The notes beneath the pieces are model-generated. The model worked only from the letters and a program-made list of their open reading frames with translations. It ran no database searches and was not told the origin of the DNA. Both the position numbers and the translations under genes were made by a program. A stretch of DNA of 56,691 bases from Methanobacteriaceae archaeon. Its GTDB lineage: Archaea; Methanobacteriota; Methanobacteria; Methanobacteriales; Methanobacteriaceae. This document shows, piece after piece, positions 10,047 to 20,180 of this stretch (its first letter is position 1; every line of letters begins with the position of its first letter). Where the stretch lies: positions 1-56,691 of the forward strand of contig JADGNH010000001.1 in assembly GCA_017883605.1 (NCBI GenBank), read 5' to 3'.

Positions 10047-10433
10047 CGTTCCCCTGATGAATTCTTCGTTATCGTACTTATCTGCATAATTTGAGAAAAG
10101 TTCCTCGTACCATTTTTTTCATCTTCGCCCTCTTTTTTGAAATTTATATTTAAAGGGATAAAAATCCGTTTTTAGAATCTATCCGTTTTTTCGAACCTAT
10201 TCAATCCATTTTTTCCATTATTTATTCATTTCCCTTTATTTAAAATCAGTTCCCTCCTTTATTTATTCCTTTTTCCTCCCATATTATTTTTCCATTGATC
10301 TTTAAAATCAACCTAAAATTAATTTAATAAAAACTTTAAACTGAAAATTTACACTGAAAAATTTCATGATCATATGGAACAAATCTATGATTTAACAAAT
10401 TATATACCACGTCTTTTATAAAATAAGACCATT

Positions 10434-12299
10434 ATGGAGACTAAAAAATTCGTGTTATTGGACATAGACTACGTTACCGAGAATGATCAGGCAGTTATAA
10501 GATTATTCGGCAAACTTACTGGCGAAAACGGCGGCAAACACATAATAGCCATGGACCGGGACTTTAAACCCTATATCTACGTTCTTCCCTATGATGTGGG
10601 AGAGTGTATAGATGATTTGAACCAGCTTGAAGTTCGCAAAATTGAAAAAGTCCAAAAAAAAGATTTAGGACAGATGAAGGAGTTTTTGAAGGTCACCCTG
10701 AAACATCCCCAGAATGTACCTAAATTAAGGGAAAAGATCTGGGATTTGGAGTCTGTTGAGGAGGTAAGAGAACATGACATCCCCTTTTACAGGAGATACC
10801 TCATAGATAAAGGTATTTTTCCCATGGCTGAGGTGGAAGTGGAAGGAAAATGCACTTACAAAAATTCTAACACCATCTATTCAAAAAGAAATGCCCATTC
10901 GCCAGCAGGAACTACTGCTTCCCCAAAAAGGAATACTCCCCCTCCTAAAAAAACTAATCCTTCTCTAACTGAAAATGAAGTGTGCATCTTTGAGATGGAA
11001 GGCCCTCCTAAACCCCTTGAATCTGGATTTCCTGAACTTAAGATTTTGAGCTTTGACATTGAAGCCTGTAATCCCAAGGGAATGCCCCAGGAAAACGTAG
11101 ATCCAATCATTATGATCAGCTTCTCCAGTAATCAGGGTTTTAGTAAAGTGTTTTCCACCAAATCATCCTCTTTTGACTTTGTGGAAGTCCTGAAGGATGA
11201 GGAAGAATTGCTTAAAAAATTTGTGGAAACCGTTAAATCCGAGGACCCAGACCTTATAACCGGTTACAATTCAGACGTCTTCGACCTTTCCTACATAAGA
11301 GATAGGGCGGCCAAGTTGGGGGTATCCCTTGATCTGGGGGTGGACGGATCACAGCTTAAATTCATGAGGAGAGGTTTTGCCAATGCAGCGGTAATAAAAG
11401 GCCGGGTTCACGTTGATCTCTATCCTGCCATGCGCCGCTACCTGCAGCTTGACCGTTACACCCTGGAAAGGGTCTATCTGGAGCTCATGGGTGAGAAAAA
11501 AAAGGATATTCCCGGGGATGAGATCCACGCCTGTTGGGATGAAGGCGGGGAGAAACTGGAGATGCTCTTTGAATACTCCCTGGACGATGCTGTGGCCGTC
11601 ACCAAAATTGGAGAGAAGATGTTACCCCTTACTATGGAGCTCACCAGGATAGTGGGTCAACCCTTCTTTGATGTGGCCCGCATGGCCACCGGACAGTTGG
11701 TGGAGTGGTATCTCATCAGAAAAGCCTTCGAAGATAATGAAATAGTGCCCAACAAACCATCCTCATCCCAGCACTCCAAAAGAAGGGGAAAAAGTATAGT
11801 AGGGGGCTATGTAAAGGATCCGGTTAAGGGTTTACACGAAAATATAGTTTCATTTGACTTCAGAAGCCTCTATCCCAGCATAATAATCTCAAAAAACGTT
11901 TCACCTGACACTCTGGTGGAGGAATGTGATGAAGATAAATGTTACATCGCCCCGGAAGTGGGACATAAATTTTTAAAAGAACCGGTGGGCTTTGTACCCT
12001 CGGTAATCGGCAATGTCCTCCGGGAGAGGGTTCGGGTAAAGACACTGATGAAGGAATCAAAAGACCCCCGGGAACGCCAGATCCTGAACGTGCAGCAGGA
12101 GGCTCTTAAAAGACTGGCTAATTCCATGTACGGTGTTTATGGTTTCTCCAGATTCAGATGGTATAGTATAGAATGTGCAGATGCCATAACCGCATGGGGA
12201 AGGGATTTCATCAAAAATACCATGAAAAAAGCAGAGGATTTTGGTTTCAAACCGGTTTATGCCGATACCGATGGGTTTTATGCTGTTTATATAGGATAA
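10434..12299 (+). CDS. polB: Family B DNA polymerase, large N-terminal polypeptide (PolB1 type of a split PolB)
   Basis: Exo I is LSFDIEA, Exo II is [11 protein letters not shown], Pol A is [10 protein letters not shown], Pol B is KRLANSMYG, Pol C is YADTDG. The protein stops 7 residues after motif C, so the thumb is missing. Confidence 0.9.
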   Translation: METKKFVLLDIDYVTENDQAVIRLFGKLTGENGGKHIIAMDRDFKPYIYVLPYDVGECIDDLNQLEVRKIEKVQKKDLGQMKEFLKVTLKHPQNVPKLREKIWDLESVEEVREHDIPFYRRYLIDKGIFPMAEVEVEGKCTYKNSNTIYSKRNAHSPAGTTASPKRNTPPPKKTNPSLTENEVCIFEMEGPPKPLESGFPELKILSFDIEACNPKGMPQENVDPIIMISFSSNQGFSKVFSTKSSSFDFVEVLKDEEELLKKFVETVKSEDPDLITGYNSDVFDLSYIRDRAAKLGVSLDLGVDGSQLKFMRRGFANAAVIKGRVHVDLYPAMRRYLQLDRYTLERVYLELMGEKKKDIPGDEIHACWDEGGEKLEMLFEYSLDDAVAVTKIGEKMLPLTMELTRIVGQPFFDVARMATGQLVEWYLIRKAFEDNEIVPNKPSSSQHSKRRGKSIVGGYVKDPVKGLHENIVSFDFRSLYPSIIISKNVSPDTLVEECDEDKCYIAPEVGHKFLKEPVGFVPSVIGNVLRERVRVKTLMKESKDPRERQILNVQQEALKRLANSMYGVYGFSRFRWYSIECADAITAWGRDFIKNTMKKAEDFGFKPVYADTDGFYAVYIG

Positions 12300-12500
12300 A
12301 CACGCCATGAGATAGATTCCGAGTAAGATCTGATGTAAATTCTAAGTAAAGATCTGATGTAAAAATTTCTAAAGTAATTTCCAAGTAAACAGCTCAAAAT
12401 ATCCAAGTAAAAAGAGCCAAATAAATAACACCCCACTCACTTGGATACAGGAATAAAATATTCAGGAATTTAAATTATTAAATACCAAATTGGTGTCTAA

Positions 12501-13658
12501 ATGTTCCACATTGCCGAAGAAAAAGAAATTCTGGAGGGTAAAATAACTGATGTTTATTTTGACCGGACCCTTCAAATCTTGAAAAACAAAAAGATTAATC
12601 CCAAAGTGAAAGCGGAGTTTGTTGCGAAAAATTTACCTGGAGAATGGTTCTGGGCTGTTTTATCCGGTATAGAAGAGGTTATGTGCATCCTAAAAGAGCT
12701 GCCGGTGAAGGTGAGAGCTATGAGTGAGGGTACCGTTTTCTACCCTAACCAGCCGGTGCTGGAGATAGAGGGAAATTACCAGGATTTCTGTGTTTATGAA
12801 ACCGCCATCTTGGGACTTTTATGTCAGGCCAGTGGAATTGCCACCAAAGCCGCCCGCTATAAAAAGCTGGCCGGAGACCGTCTGGTGATGAGCTTTGGGG
12901 CCCGGCGGATGCATCCGGTTATTGCACCCATGATCGAGAGAAACGCTTATATTGGTGGTTGTGACGGTGTATCCGTAACTAAAAGTGGAGATATTATAGG
13001 AGAAGACCCTTTAGGAACCATTCCCCACGCGCTGATTATCTGCATCGGTTCCGCCGTAGACTCTATAAAGGCCTTTGACCAGGTGATGGAACCTGGAATC
13101 AATCGGGTGGCGCTTATTGACACCTTTCTCGATGAAAAATTCGAGTGCCTGAACGTGGCTGAAGCAATGGGGGACAAGCTCTACGCAGTACGTTTCGATA
13201 CCCCAGCTTCCAGAAGGGGAGATTTCTACCACATACTCCGAGAATCAAGGTGGGAATTAGATTTAAGAGGTTTTGAAGAGGTTAAGATTTTTGTTAGCGG
13301 AGGGATTAAAGAAAAGGAACTGCCCCAGCTTAACTCACTGGTGGATGGATATGGAATCGGGACCGCCATCAGTAATGCCCCGGTGGTGGACTTCTCCATG
13401 GACATAGTTGAGGTGGATGGGAAACCATTAGCTAAAAGAGGCAAATGTTCCGGGTCAAAAAAAGTTCTCAGATGCCCTGAGTGCCATAAAGACCTAATTT
13501 TACCTTTTGAAAAAGAAATTGAAACTTGTGAATGTGGTGGAAAATACAAAAATTTGCTTTATACCTTTATAGCGGACGGTAAAGTTCTCCAGGAACTGCC
13601 CACCCCGAGGAAAATCAGGGAATACGTGATAGACCAGTTGAAAGAACTGCCTGATTAG
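12501..13658 (+). CDS. Nicotinate phosphoribosyltransferase (archaeal type)
   Basis: 385 aa collinear with archaeal NAPRTases (DVYFDRT, YETAILG, CQASGIATKA, RRMHP, DTPSSRRG-like DTPASRRGDF). It has a C-terminal Cys4 ribbon CPECH...CECGG. Confidence 0.9.
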   Translation: MFHIAEEKEILEGKITDVYFDRTLQILKNKKINPKVKAEFVAKNLPGEWFWAVLSGIEEVMCILKELPVKVRAMSEGTVFYPNQPVLEIEGNYQDFCVYETAILGLLCQASGIATKAARYKKLAGDRLVMSFGARRMHPVIAPMIERNAYIGGCDGVSVTKSGDIIGEDPLGTIPHALIICIGSAVDSIKAFDQVMEPGINRVALIDTFLDEKFECLNVAEAMGDKLYAVRFDTPASRRGDFYHILRESRWELDLRGFEEVKIFVSGGIKEKELPQLNSLVDGYGIGTAISNAPVVDFSMDIVEVDGKPLAKRGKCSGSKKVLRCPECHKDLILPFEKEIETCECGGKYKNLLYTFIADGKVLQELPTPRKIREYVIDQLKELPD

Positions 13659-13851
13659 AGTGCTTATAGTAGAAGTGAATTATGATGGAAGACATCTATT
13701 ATCAAAATTTCCATCTCAGGATAGTTCTTTTACCTAACATAGTCTTTTATCCCTCTATGTAAGGGAACCTACATTTTGGAACTAACGAATAATTTTAACG
13801 AAATTTATCAATAATTTAACAAACTTAATGAATAATTAAATGTGAGTTCAA

Positions 13852-14826
13852 ATGGAACCGTGGCAAAAACTGTTAAAAGTAGATCCAGTACCAAAACTTC
13901 TTTCCTCTGGAAATATGGCCCTAGAATATTTCACCAGACGCGACCTGTTAGCTGAAAGTGCAGAACCAGTAAAAACCTTATGGAAACTGCCCGAAGTGGT
14001 AAAAATTCTTAAAAAGCAACAGGAAGATGGATCATGGAAGTATCCAGGTCGCATCAGGAAAGATTTACGATCTAGAGAAGATTATAACCAGTTAGAGACT
14101 TACCGAATGTTGGGAGAACTGGTGGAAAAATATGGTTTAAACCATGAGCAGCCACAAATAAAAAAGGCCGCAGATTACCTGTTTAGCTGCCAAACCAATG
14201 CAGGTGATTTCAGGGGGATTTATGGTGCTCAATATGCAACCACCTATTCTCCAGCCATCGCGGAAATTCTAATAAAAGCGGGCTACATAGATGATTCCCG
14301 CATATATAAAGGGTTTAAATGGATCCTTTCCATGAGACAGGACGATGGCGGTTGGGTTATCCCCTTCAGGACTTCCAACAAAAATATACACGATGCTTTA
14401 AAGGAATCGGTTCCCATGGAACCTGATAAGTCAAAACCTTTCTCTCATCTGGTAACTGGAATGGTTTTAAGGGCATTTGCTGCCCATCCCCAATATCAAG
14501 AATCAAAGGAGGCAAAAAAAGCCGGGGATTTGTTAACCTCGCGGTTTTTCAACCCAGATAAATATCCAGATAGACGAGATAAAAAATACTGGGAAAGGGT
14601 TTCATTTCCCTTCTGGTTCACGGACATCATTTCTGCCCTGGATTCTCTCTACTTTTTAGGTTTCAGAAGGGATAATTCCAAAATAGAGGAAGGCCTGAAC
14701 TGGCTGAAAAGTAGACAAAATAAAGACGGGCTTTTCGACCTGAAACTTGTAAGGGGAAGGGATAAAAACCTTAAATACTGGATATGTCTGGCTGTGTGCC
14801 GGTTGTTTGAGAGATACTACCATTAA
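13852..14826 (+). CDS. Prenyltransferase/squalene-cyclase-repeat (alpha-alpha toroid) protein
   Basis: Four QW-like repeats: QQEDGSWKY, QTNAGDFRG, RQDDGGWVIPF, RQNKDGLFD. Confidence 0.6.
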   Translation: MEPWQKLLKVDPVPKLLSSGNMALEYFTRRDLLAESAEPVKTLWKLPEVVKILKKQQEDGSWKYPGRIRKDLRSREDYNQLETYRMLGELVEKYGLNHEQPQIKKAADYLFSCQTNAGDFRGIYGAQYATTYSPAIAEILIKAGYIDDSRIYKGFKWILSMRQDDGGWVIPFRTSNKNIHDALKESVPMEPDKSKPFSHLVTGMVLRAFAAHPQYQESKEAKKAGDLLTSRFFNPDKYPDRRDKKYWERVSFPFWFTDIISALDSLYFLGFRRDNSKIEEGLNWLKSRQNKDGLFDLKLVRGRDKNLKYWICLAVCRLFERYYH

Positions 14827-14904
14827 ACGCCTTTATTAGCCCAAGATAAATTTTAAAATAAACCATTTTGTAAAACAAAACAAACCCCAATTTGGAGAAA
14901 TAAA

Positions 14905-15585
14905 ATGTCAAATAAAATATTAAAAGAAAAATTTGACCAGAATGCCGGGATATACGACCGGCAGCGGCAGTGGGTAATTCCCTGCCTGGATGACCTTTAC
15001 ACCATAATGACAGATTTAGCTCGCAGCGAAGTTCCAGGGCCGAAGATACTGGATATGGGGGCAGGGACCGGGTTGCTTACCCAGTATCTTTATAAAAAAT
15101 ATGAAAGGGCGGAATTTACCCTGATAGACCTTTCAGATGAGATGCTGAATATTGCCCGGCAGAGATTTAAAGGTAAGTCAAACTTTAGCTACATAACTGG
15201 TGACTATGTTAAATACGATTTCCAAGATAAATTTGACATAATAACCTCATCACTCTCCATACACCACCTGAAGGATCAGGACAAAGAATTTTTATACAGT
15301 AAGATATATGAAAACCTGAATAAAGGAGGTATTTTCCTGAATGCTGACCAGGTTCTGGCCCCAAGCCCCAGTAACGAGTTAGAATATCAGAGAAACTGGC
15401 GGGAGAAGATAGAAGACGGTTCACTGGAAGAACCGGATAAAATCTCCATTCTGGAGAGAATGAAACTTGACAAACCGGCAAAGTTAAAATATAACCTGAA
15501 ATGGCTGGAAAAAAGTGGTTTTAAGGATGTTGACGTCTTTTATAAGTACTACAATTTCTGCGTGCTCTACGGGAAAAAGAGATGA
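14905..15585 (+). CDS. Class I SAM-dependent methyltransferase
   Basis: Motif I is [15 protein letters not shown], followed by post-[10 protein letters not shown]. Confidence 0.85.
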   Translation: MSNKILKEKFDQNAGIYDRQRQWVIPCLDDLYTIMTDLARSEVPGPKILDMGAGTGLLTQYLYKKYERAEFTLIDLSDEMLNIARQRFKGKSNFSYITGDYVKYDFQDKFDIITSSLSIHHLKDQDKEFLYSKIYENLNKGGIFLNADQVLAPSPSNELEYQRNWREKIEDGSLEEPDKISILERMKLDKPAKLKYNLKWLEKSGFKDVDVFYKYYNFCVLYGKKR

Positions 15586-15689
15586 AATGATTTTTTTAAG
15601 GTTTTTTATAACTATAAAATGATTTTAAAATGAATATAACAGTTTTAAAAGTATGTAAAAATTTTTGAAATATACATGAGGATTTTAAA

Positions 15690-16394
15690 ATGCTTCTTGA
15701 TGGAAAAATAGATAAATCTGCCAGGAAACATGGCGCAGATTTTGTGGGAGTGGCAGATCTCTCCTCGGCCCATGATTTTATCCAGGAACAGGGCGGAAAA
15801 TTTGTAGCAGAATATCCCCGGGCCATATCTATCGGTATTCAACTTTTAGATAGTATTGTGGACCAGTTGCCCCACAGTTTTGAACGGTCAGTGGCGGTCA
15901 GCTACAAACATCATGCCTATGATATCATTAACTTGCGGCTTGATCTCATCACATCTCGTTTAAGCAGTTTGCTACAGAAAAAGGGTTACAAAGCATTTCC
16001 GGTGCCAGCATCGGAACGTTTCGATGATGAACGCATCTGTGCAGTCTTTTCACATAAGCTGGCGGCCCATCTGGCTGGTCTGGGATGGATCGGGAAAAGC
16101 TGCCTGCTGATAACGCAGGAAGCAGGGCCAAGGGTGCGCTGGGCTACAGTACTAACTGACGCTCCTTTGAAAGTCACCGGACAACCCTCACCAAATAGTT
16201 GCGGTAAATGTACTGATTGTGTTGATATCTGCCCGGTTTCAGCCTTCACTGGTCAGGCTTTTAGAGAAGAAGATTCACGTGATGTACGTTACGATGCCCG
16301 TAAGTGTGAAAAATATTTAGAAGACCTGGAAAAACTGACTGGTCTGGGTGTTTGCGGTTTATGTATCTACGTCTGTCCCCATGGAATAAAATAA
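15690..16394 (+). CDS. 4Fe-4S protein related to epoxyqueuosine reductase (QueG)/reductive-dehalogenase-like proteins
   Basis: Contains [15 protein letters not shown], then [12 protein letters not shown], and a second partial cluster [11 protein letters not shown]. At 234 aa it is shorter than bacterial QueG. Confidence 0.6.
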   Translation: MLLDGKIDKSARKHGADFVGVADLSSAHDFIQEQGGKFVAEYPRAISIGIQLLDSIVDQLPHSFERSVAVSYKHHAYDIINLRLDLITSRLSSLLQKKGYKAFPVPASERFDDERICAVFSHKLAAHLAGLGWIGKSCLLITQEAGPRVRWATVLTDAPLKVTGQPSPNSCGKCTDCVDICPVSAFTGQAFREEDSRDVRYDARKCEKYLEDLEKLTGLGVCGLCIYVCPHGIK

Positions 16395-16490
16395 ACGATT
16401 TATATTAATTAATAGGGTAAAATTTTATATTAATAGATGGTAAAATAATTAGGAAAAAATAGAAAGATAATTTATCGCGTTTTATGTTAA

Positions 16491-17003
16491 TTATTGGTAT
16501 TTTTCATGGAAAACAATGTCATTTAAATCTTTCCGCGGTCTTTGATCCGGATTTTCATCTGCGTATCCTAAAGTAAACATTGCTGGCACTCTGATATCTC
16601 CAGGAATATCCAGAACTTCTTTAACTTTTCCTTCATCAAAGGCACCCAGCCAGCAGGTCCCAAGACCGAGTTCTGTGGCCTCCAGTATCATAAATGAAAC
16701 TGCAATAGATAGATCAACGGTGTAAGCATACTGTCCGCAGGGCATGACCCTTTCCGATTCTGTTGAACATGCCGCGATGGTGACTGGTGCCTCTCCTACC
16801 AATTTCTGCCCATAAGAAGCCTCTACAAGGTTCTGTCTGGTTTCAGCATCTTTAACCACGATGAATTTCCATTCCTGTCTGTTAGCTGCCGATGGTGCAA
16901 TTCTGGCTGATTCTAATATTTTTTGGAGTTTTTCATCCTCTACTTCCGCGCTTTTGTACTTCCGAATGCTTCTCCTCTTGGATATTGCTTCAAAAACGTC
17001 CAT
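16491..17003 (-). CDS. Nitroreductase family protein
   Basis: 170 aa with [17 protein letters not shown] and [16 protein letters not shown] ribosome-binding site upstream. Confidence 0.85.
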   Translation of the reverse strand: MDVFEAISKRRSIRKYKSAEVEDEKLQKILESARIAPSAANRQEWKFIVVKDAETRQNLVEASYGQKLVGEAPVTIAACSTESERVMPCGQYAYTVDLSIAVSFMILEATELGLGTCWLGAFDEGKVKEVLDIPGDIRVPAMFTLGYADENPDQRPRKDLNDIVFHEKYQ

Positions 17004-17127
17004 TATATCCCTCCTAAAATAAATATTTTATTTATTGGATTTTTATTGGAATCAAATGCAAAATTATTGGAATCAGTAAAAATAATGAAAAATAAAAAAG
17101 AAAAAAAGTTAAATAAGCCTGAATTTA

Positions 17128-17220
17128 TTATTCTGCGTCCATCATTTCGCCGTATTCAACTTCTATTTCACAGCCTTTAGGACCGCAACAGAAATGTTGT
17201 AAATCAAATTTTGCCTGCAT
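17128..17220 (-). CDS. Candidate 30-aa Cys-rich micro-protein
   Basis: Hand translation gives MQAKFDLQHFCCGPKGCEIEVEYGEMMDAE. A near-ideal GAGGTGA lies 5 nt upstream of the ATG. The ORF sits upstream of and co-oriented with the nitroreductase gene, and divergent from the HxlR gene. Confidence 0.4.
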   Translation of the reverse strand: MQAKFDLQHFCCGPKGCEIEVEYGEMMDAE

Positions 17221-17308
17221 TTTTTCACCTCGATTAGTCTTAAAAATTATTAGTCTTACAATATACAAAAGTTACTATTAGTATTTAAAGTAGGTACTAA
17301 CAGATACC

Positions 17309-17375
17309 ATATATACTCACAATTATTATATATACTCACAATTATTATATATACTCACAATTATTATATATACCT
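17309..17375. repeat. Tandem 19-bp repeat ATATATACTCACAATTATT, 3 full copies plus a partial
   Basis: Copies start at 17309, 17328 and 17347, with a partial at 17366. The array lies in the divergent intergenic region between the micro-ORF and the HxlR gene. Confidence 0.9.
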
Positions 17376-17456
17376 ACCTAAAGTATACTTAATATCATAG
17401 ACTATATAAATGAAAAAATAATTATAAAGAAATAATTAGAATTTAATGGTGATGAG

Positions 17457-17801
17457 ATGGTGAAAAAAGGGGAAAATGGGGAATATATCTGCTCTGTAGA
17501 AGCTGCCATTAATGAAATAGGCGGAAAATGGAAAGCGCTGATATTATGCACTTTAAAAGAGGGAAAATTAAGATTTAACGAAATTAACAAAAAATTACCT
17601 GAGATAACACAGAGAATGCTTACCAAAACCCTTCGACAGTTGGAAAAAGACGGAATCATCAAAAGAAAAGTCTATGCGGAAGTACCTCCCCGGGTTGAAT
17701 ATTCGCTTACACCCAAGGGTGAATCCGTGCTGCCCATTTTAGATTCTCTCTGCCAGTGGGGAAAAGAATATTGTGAGGACGATGAAAATTTGGAGAAATA
17801 G
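17457..17801 (+). CDS. HxlR family transcriptional regulator
   Basis: Contains [32 protein letters not shown] and [12 protein letters not shown], the family signature. Confidence 0.9.
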   Translation: MVKKGENGEYICSVEAAINEIGGKWKALILCTLKEGKLRFNEINKKLPEITQRMLTKTLRQLEKDGIIKRKVYAEVPPRVEYSLTPKGESVLPILDSLCQWGKEYCEDDENLEK

Positions 17802-17874
17802 ATTGATATTTTAAAAATAAACTTATTTAGAAAATAAACTGATACAAAATTTCAAATAGTATAATTATTTATTT

Positions 17875-18639
17875 TTAAGATTTAACTTGTTTTAAAATAG
17901 TAGCAGCAAAAACACCCGCTCCAAATCCGTTATCAATATTAACCACCGCTATCCCCGGAGCACAAGACTGCAGCATGGCATTTAAAGCGGCGAATCCACC
18001 CTCTCCAACACCATATCCCACCGAGGTGGGCACTCCAATAACTGGAACGTCTACCAATCCTGCTACTACCGATGGCAAAGCTCCTTCCATCCCAGCCACC
18101 ACGATAAATACTTTAACATCTTCCTCCAACATTTCCCTGATCTGGGAGAACAATCTGTGGATTCCGGCCACCCCCACATCATAGGCCGCTATAACCTTCG
18201 AGCCAGCCTCCTCAGCCACCACCCGGGCCTCTTCTGCCACAGGTATGTCGGAGGTGCCGGCGGTGATCACCCCAATCTTACCCATCTTCTCTACTTCATG
18301 ATTTTTAACCACCAGAATTCTTGCTTTCTGGTTGTATTCTATTTTAAATCCATCCATAACCAGGTGTTCCAGAGATTCTCTGATGGATTGGTATCTTTCC
18401 TTATCCAGCCGGGTAACCATGATCCGCCCATTATCAGCACATCCCAGTATGATATCAATTAGTTCCTGGTCTTCCTTTCCCTCGGCAAAGACAGCCTCAG
18501 GCACCCCGGTCCTGACATCCCTACCAATATCCATCTTTGCAAAATCCTCCAATTCCCGGATTTGCATGGTTTTCAGCTTTTTTTCAGCTTCTTCAAGGGA
18601 TATTTTCCCTTCCCTAACTTTTTGAAGAATCTCTTTCAT
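17875..18639 (-). CDS. larB: LarB-type nickel-pincer cofactor biosynthesis protein (PurE-like carboxylase/hydrolase)
   Basis: 254 aa. The N-terminal [13 protein letters not shown] and the core [17 protein letters not shown]...VGVAGIHRL...[16 protein letters not shown] match the LarB family. Confidence 0.8.
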   Translation of the reverse strand: MKEILQKVREGKISLEEAEKKLKTMQIRELEDFAKMDIGRDVRTGVPEAVFAEGKEDQELIDIILGCADNGRIMVTRLDKERYQSIRESLEHLVMDGFKIEYNQKARILVVKNHEVEKMGKIGVITAGTSDIPVAEEARVVAEEAGSKVIAAYDVGVAGIHRLFSQIREMLEEDVKVFIVVAGMEGALPSVVAGLVDVPVIGVPTSVGYGVGEGGFAALNAMLQSCAPGIAVVNIDNGFGAGVFAATILKQVKS

Positions 18640-18950
18640 GGTTACACTGCCCCTACCTTACTTATATATAAGATCGGAATGTTAAAAAGAATTGGATATG
18701 ATCATAAATATCTGCGAACTATGCATATTATTAAAAAACCGAGTTATCTTTATAGTGTGAATCATCCTATTCTTGGTTATTTTCTGATGATCTCCTCTAA
18801 TTTAGTTATATCGGAAAATACGAAGAAGTTTATGACTTCAAGTATTAAGAACTGCTTAGGGAATTAGTTATCAATGGAAAAGTTTAGTTTTGTTTGCCGT
18901 GGGTGGACAACTTCCGGTGCATGAAAATTTGTTTTCTTTCTCGAAAAACA

Positions 18951-20180
18951 TTATACCCTGTTTTCTTTCAGCTCGAAGTAGTTCAGCTGGTCCTGGATAA
19001 CATCACTGAGACTGTATTTGATCTTTCCACCAATTTTCTGGATTTTTTGATTATCAGCAAGTATCAGGGGGACTTCTGCTGGTCTGAAACGGTCCGGGTT
19101 GAACTCGATGACCAGATTTCCCTGGTCCGTGTTAACGTTGATACCCTTATCCTGAATGGTGTATTCCAATCCTTCTTCCAGCATTATCTGGTCTATCCTG
19201 GTTTTATCAAAGTTAACACCAAAAACAGGGTCATTGTTTATCTCTGCCGGGTTGAAAACAGTTTTACCACCATTTATGGTTTCGATGCTGTTGATGTTCC
19301 AGCCCGCCTTCTCCAGGCCCAGTAATATGTAGCTGAGAACGGAATTGGTTCTCATGGATCCCTGGTTATATGCCTCTCCACTTTTACCCTTTTCTGCCAG
19401 TAGGAGGTATCCTTGGATGATATCAGTTACATGGGACCAGTCACGGAAGGCGTTGATGTTTCCTATGAGGATACGGTCTGCTTCCCCGTTTTTCAGTTTC
19501 ATGATCTGGTTGGTGATGACCGAAGTTACGAACATTATTCCCCTTCCAGCACCTTCATGGTTAAATGCCCGGGACACCACGGTATCCATGCCAAAGGAAT
19601 GATGATAGTTCTGCATCAGGTGATCTCCGTAGACCTTGGACACTGCATATGGCGACATTGGTCTCAAGGGGTTGGATTCCTTGACTGGTAATTCAGGTAT
19701 TGTCTCTGGTTCTGGGAAGATGGTTTTGTTTTCTTTCAGTGCATGCTGGTACTGTTCCTCTGAGGATATTACCATACCGTATTCTTCACTGGAGCCAGCG
19801 AATACGATCTTGGTATCCAGATCCTTGATGCGTATGGCTTCTAATAGGTTGGCAGTTCCAATACAGTTAATTTGTTGTGTCTCCAGTGGACGGCGGAAGG
19901 AAAGTTCCACAGAGGACTGGGCTGCCAAGTGGAAAAGATAGTCTGGCTGGGAGGTGTCAAGGGCATTGGCCAATGAGGTTATGTCGGTGAGATCTCCTTC
20001 CAACATCAACAACTTATCCTCAATTCCCTTGTCTATCAGGTTTTTCTCCATTGTCACCATATCCTCAGGCCGGATGAACCCATATACATTTGCACCATCA
20101 TCTAAAAGTTCTTTTGCCAAGTAAGAGCCAACAAATCCGTTTGCCCCGGTTATCAGGACATTTTTTCCATTACAGTTCAT
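18951..20180 (-). CDS. NAD-dependent sugar-nucleotide epimerase/dehydratase (GDP-mannose 4,6-dehydratase-like)
   Basis: Rossmann motif VLITGANGFVGSYL, catalytic SPYAVSK, and a late FRPAEVPLILADNQK. ATG at 20180 is preferred over TTG at 20210. Confidence 0.8.
   Translation of the reverse strand: MNCNGKNVLITGANGFVGSYLAKELLDDGANVYGFIRPEDMVTMEKNLIDKGIEDKLLMLEGDLTDITSLANALDTSQPDYLFHLAAQSSVELSFRRPLETQQINCIGTANLLEAIRIKDLDTKIVFAGSSEEYGMVISSEEQYQHALKENKTIFPEPETIPELPVKESNPLRPMSPYAVSKVYGDHLMQNYHHSFGMDTVVSRAFNHEGAGRGIMFVTSVITNQIMKLKNGEADRILIGNINAFRDWSHVTDIIQGYLLLAEKGKSGEAYNQGSMRTNSVLSYILLGLEKAGWNINSIETINGGKTVFNPAEINNDPVFGVNFDKTRIDQIMLEEGLEYTIQDKGINVNTDQGNLVIEFNPDRFRPAEVPLILADNQKIQKIGGKIKYSLSDVIQDQLNYFELKENRV

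Noticed and set aside
10589-12308. Several 60-83-aa ORFs antisense to or out of frame within polB
   Set aside because: They are fully nested in a strongly supported coding region. Their compositions are low-complexity and they have no start context.
17975-19941. Plus-strand ORFs (69-143 aa) overlapping larB and the epimerase gene
   Set aside because: They are shadow ORFs opposite well-supported minus-strand genes, and no motifs were recognised.
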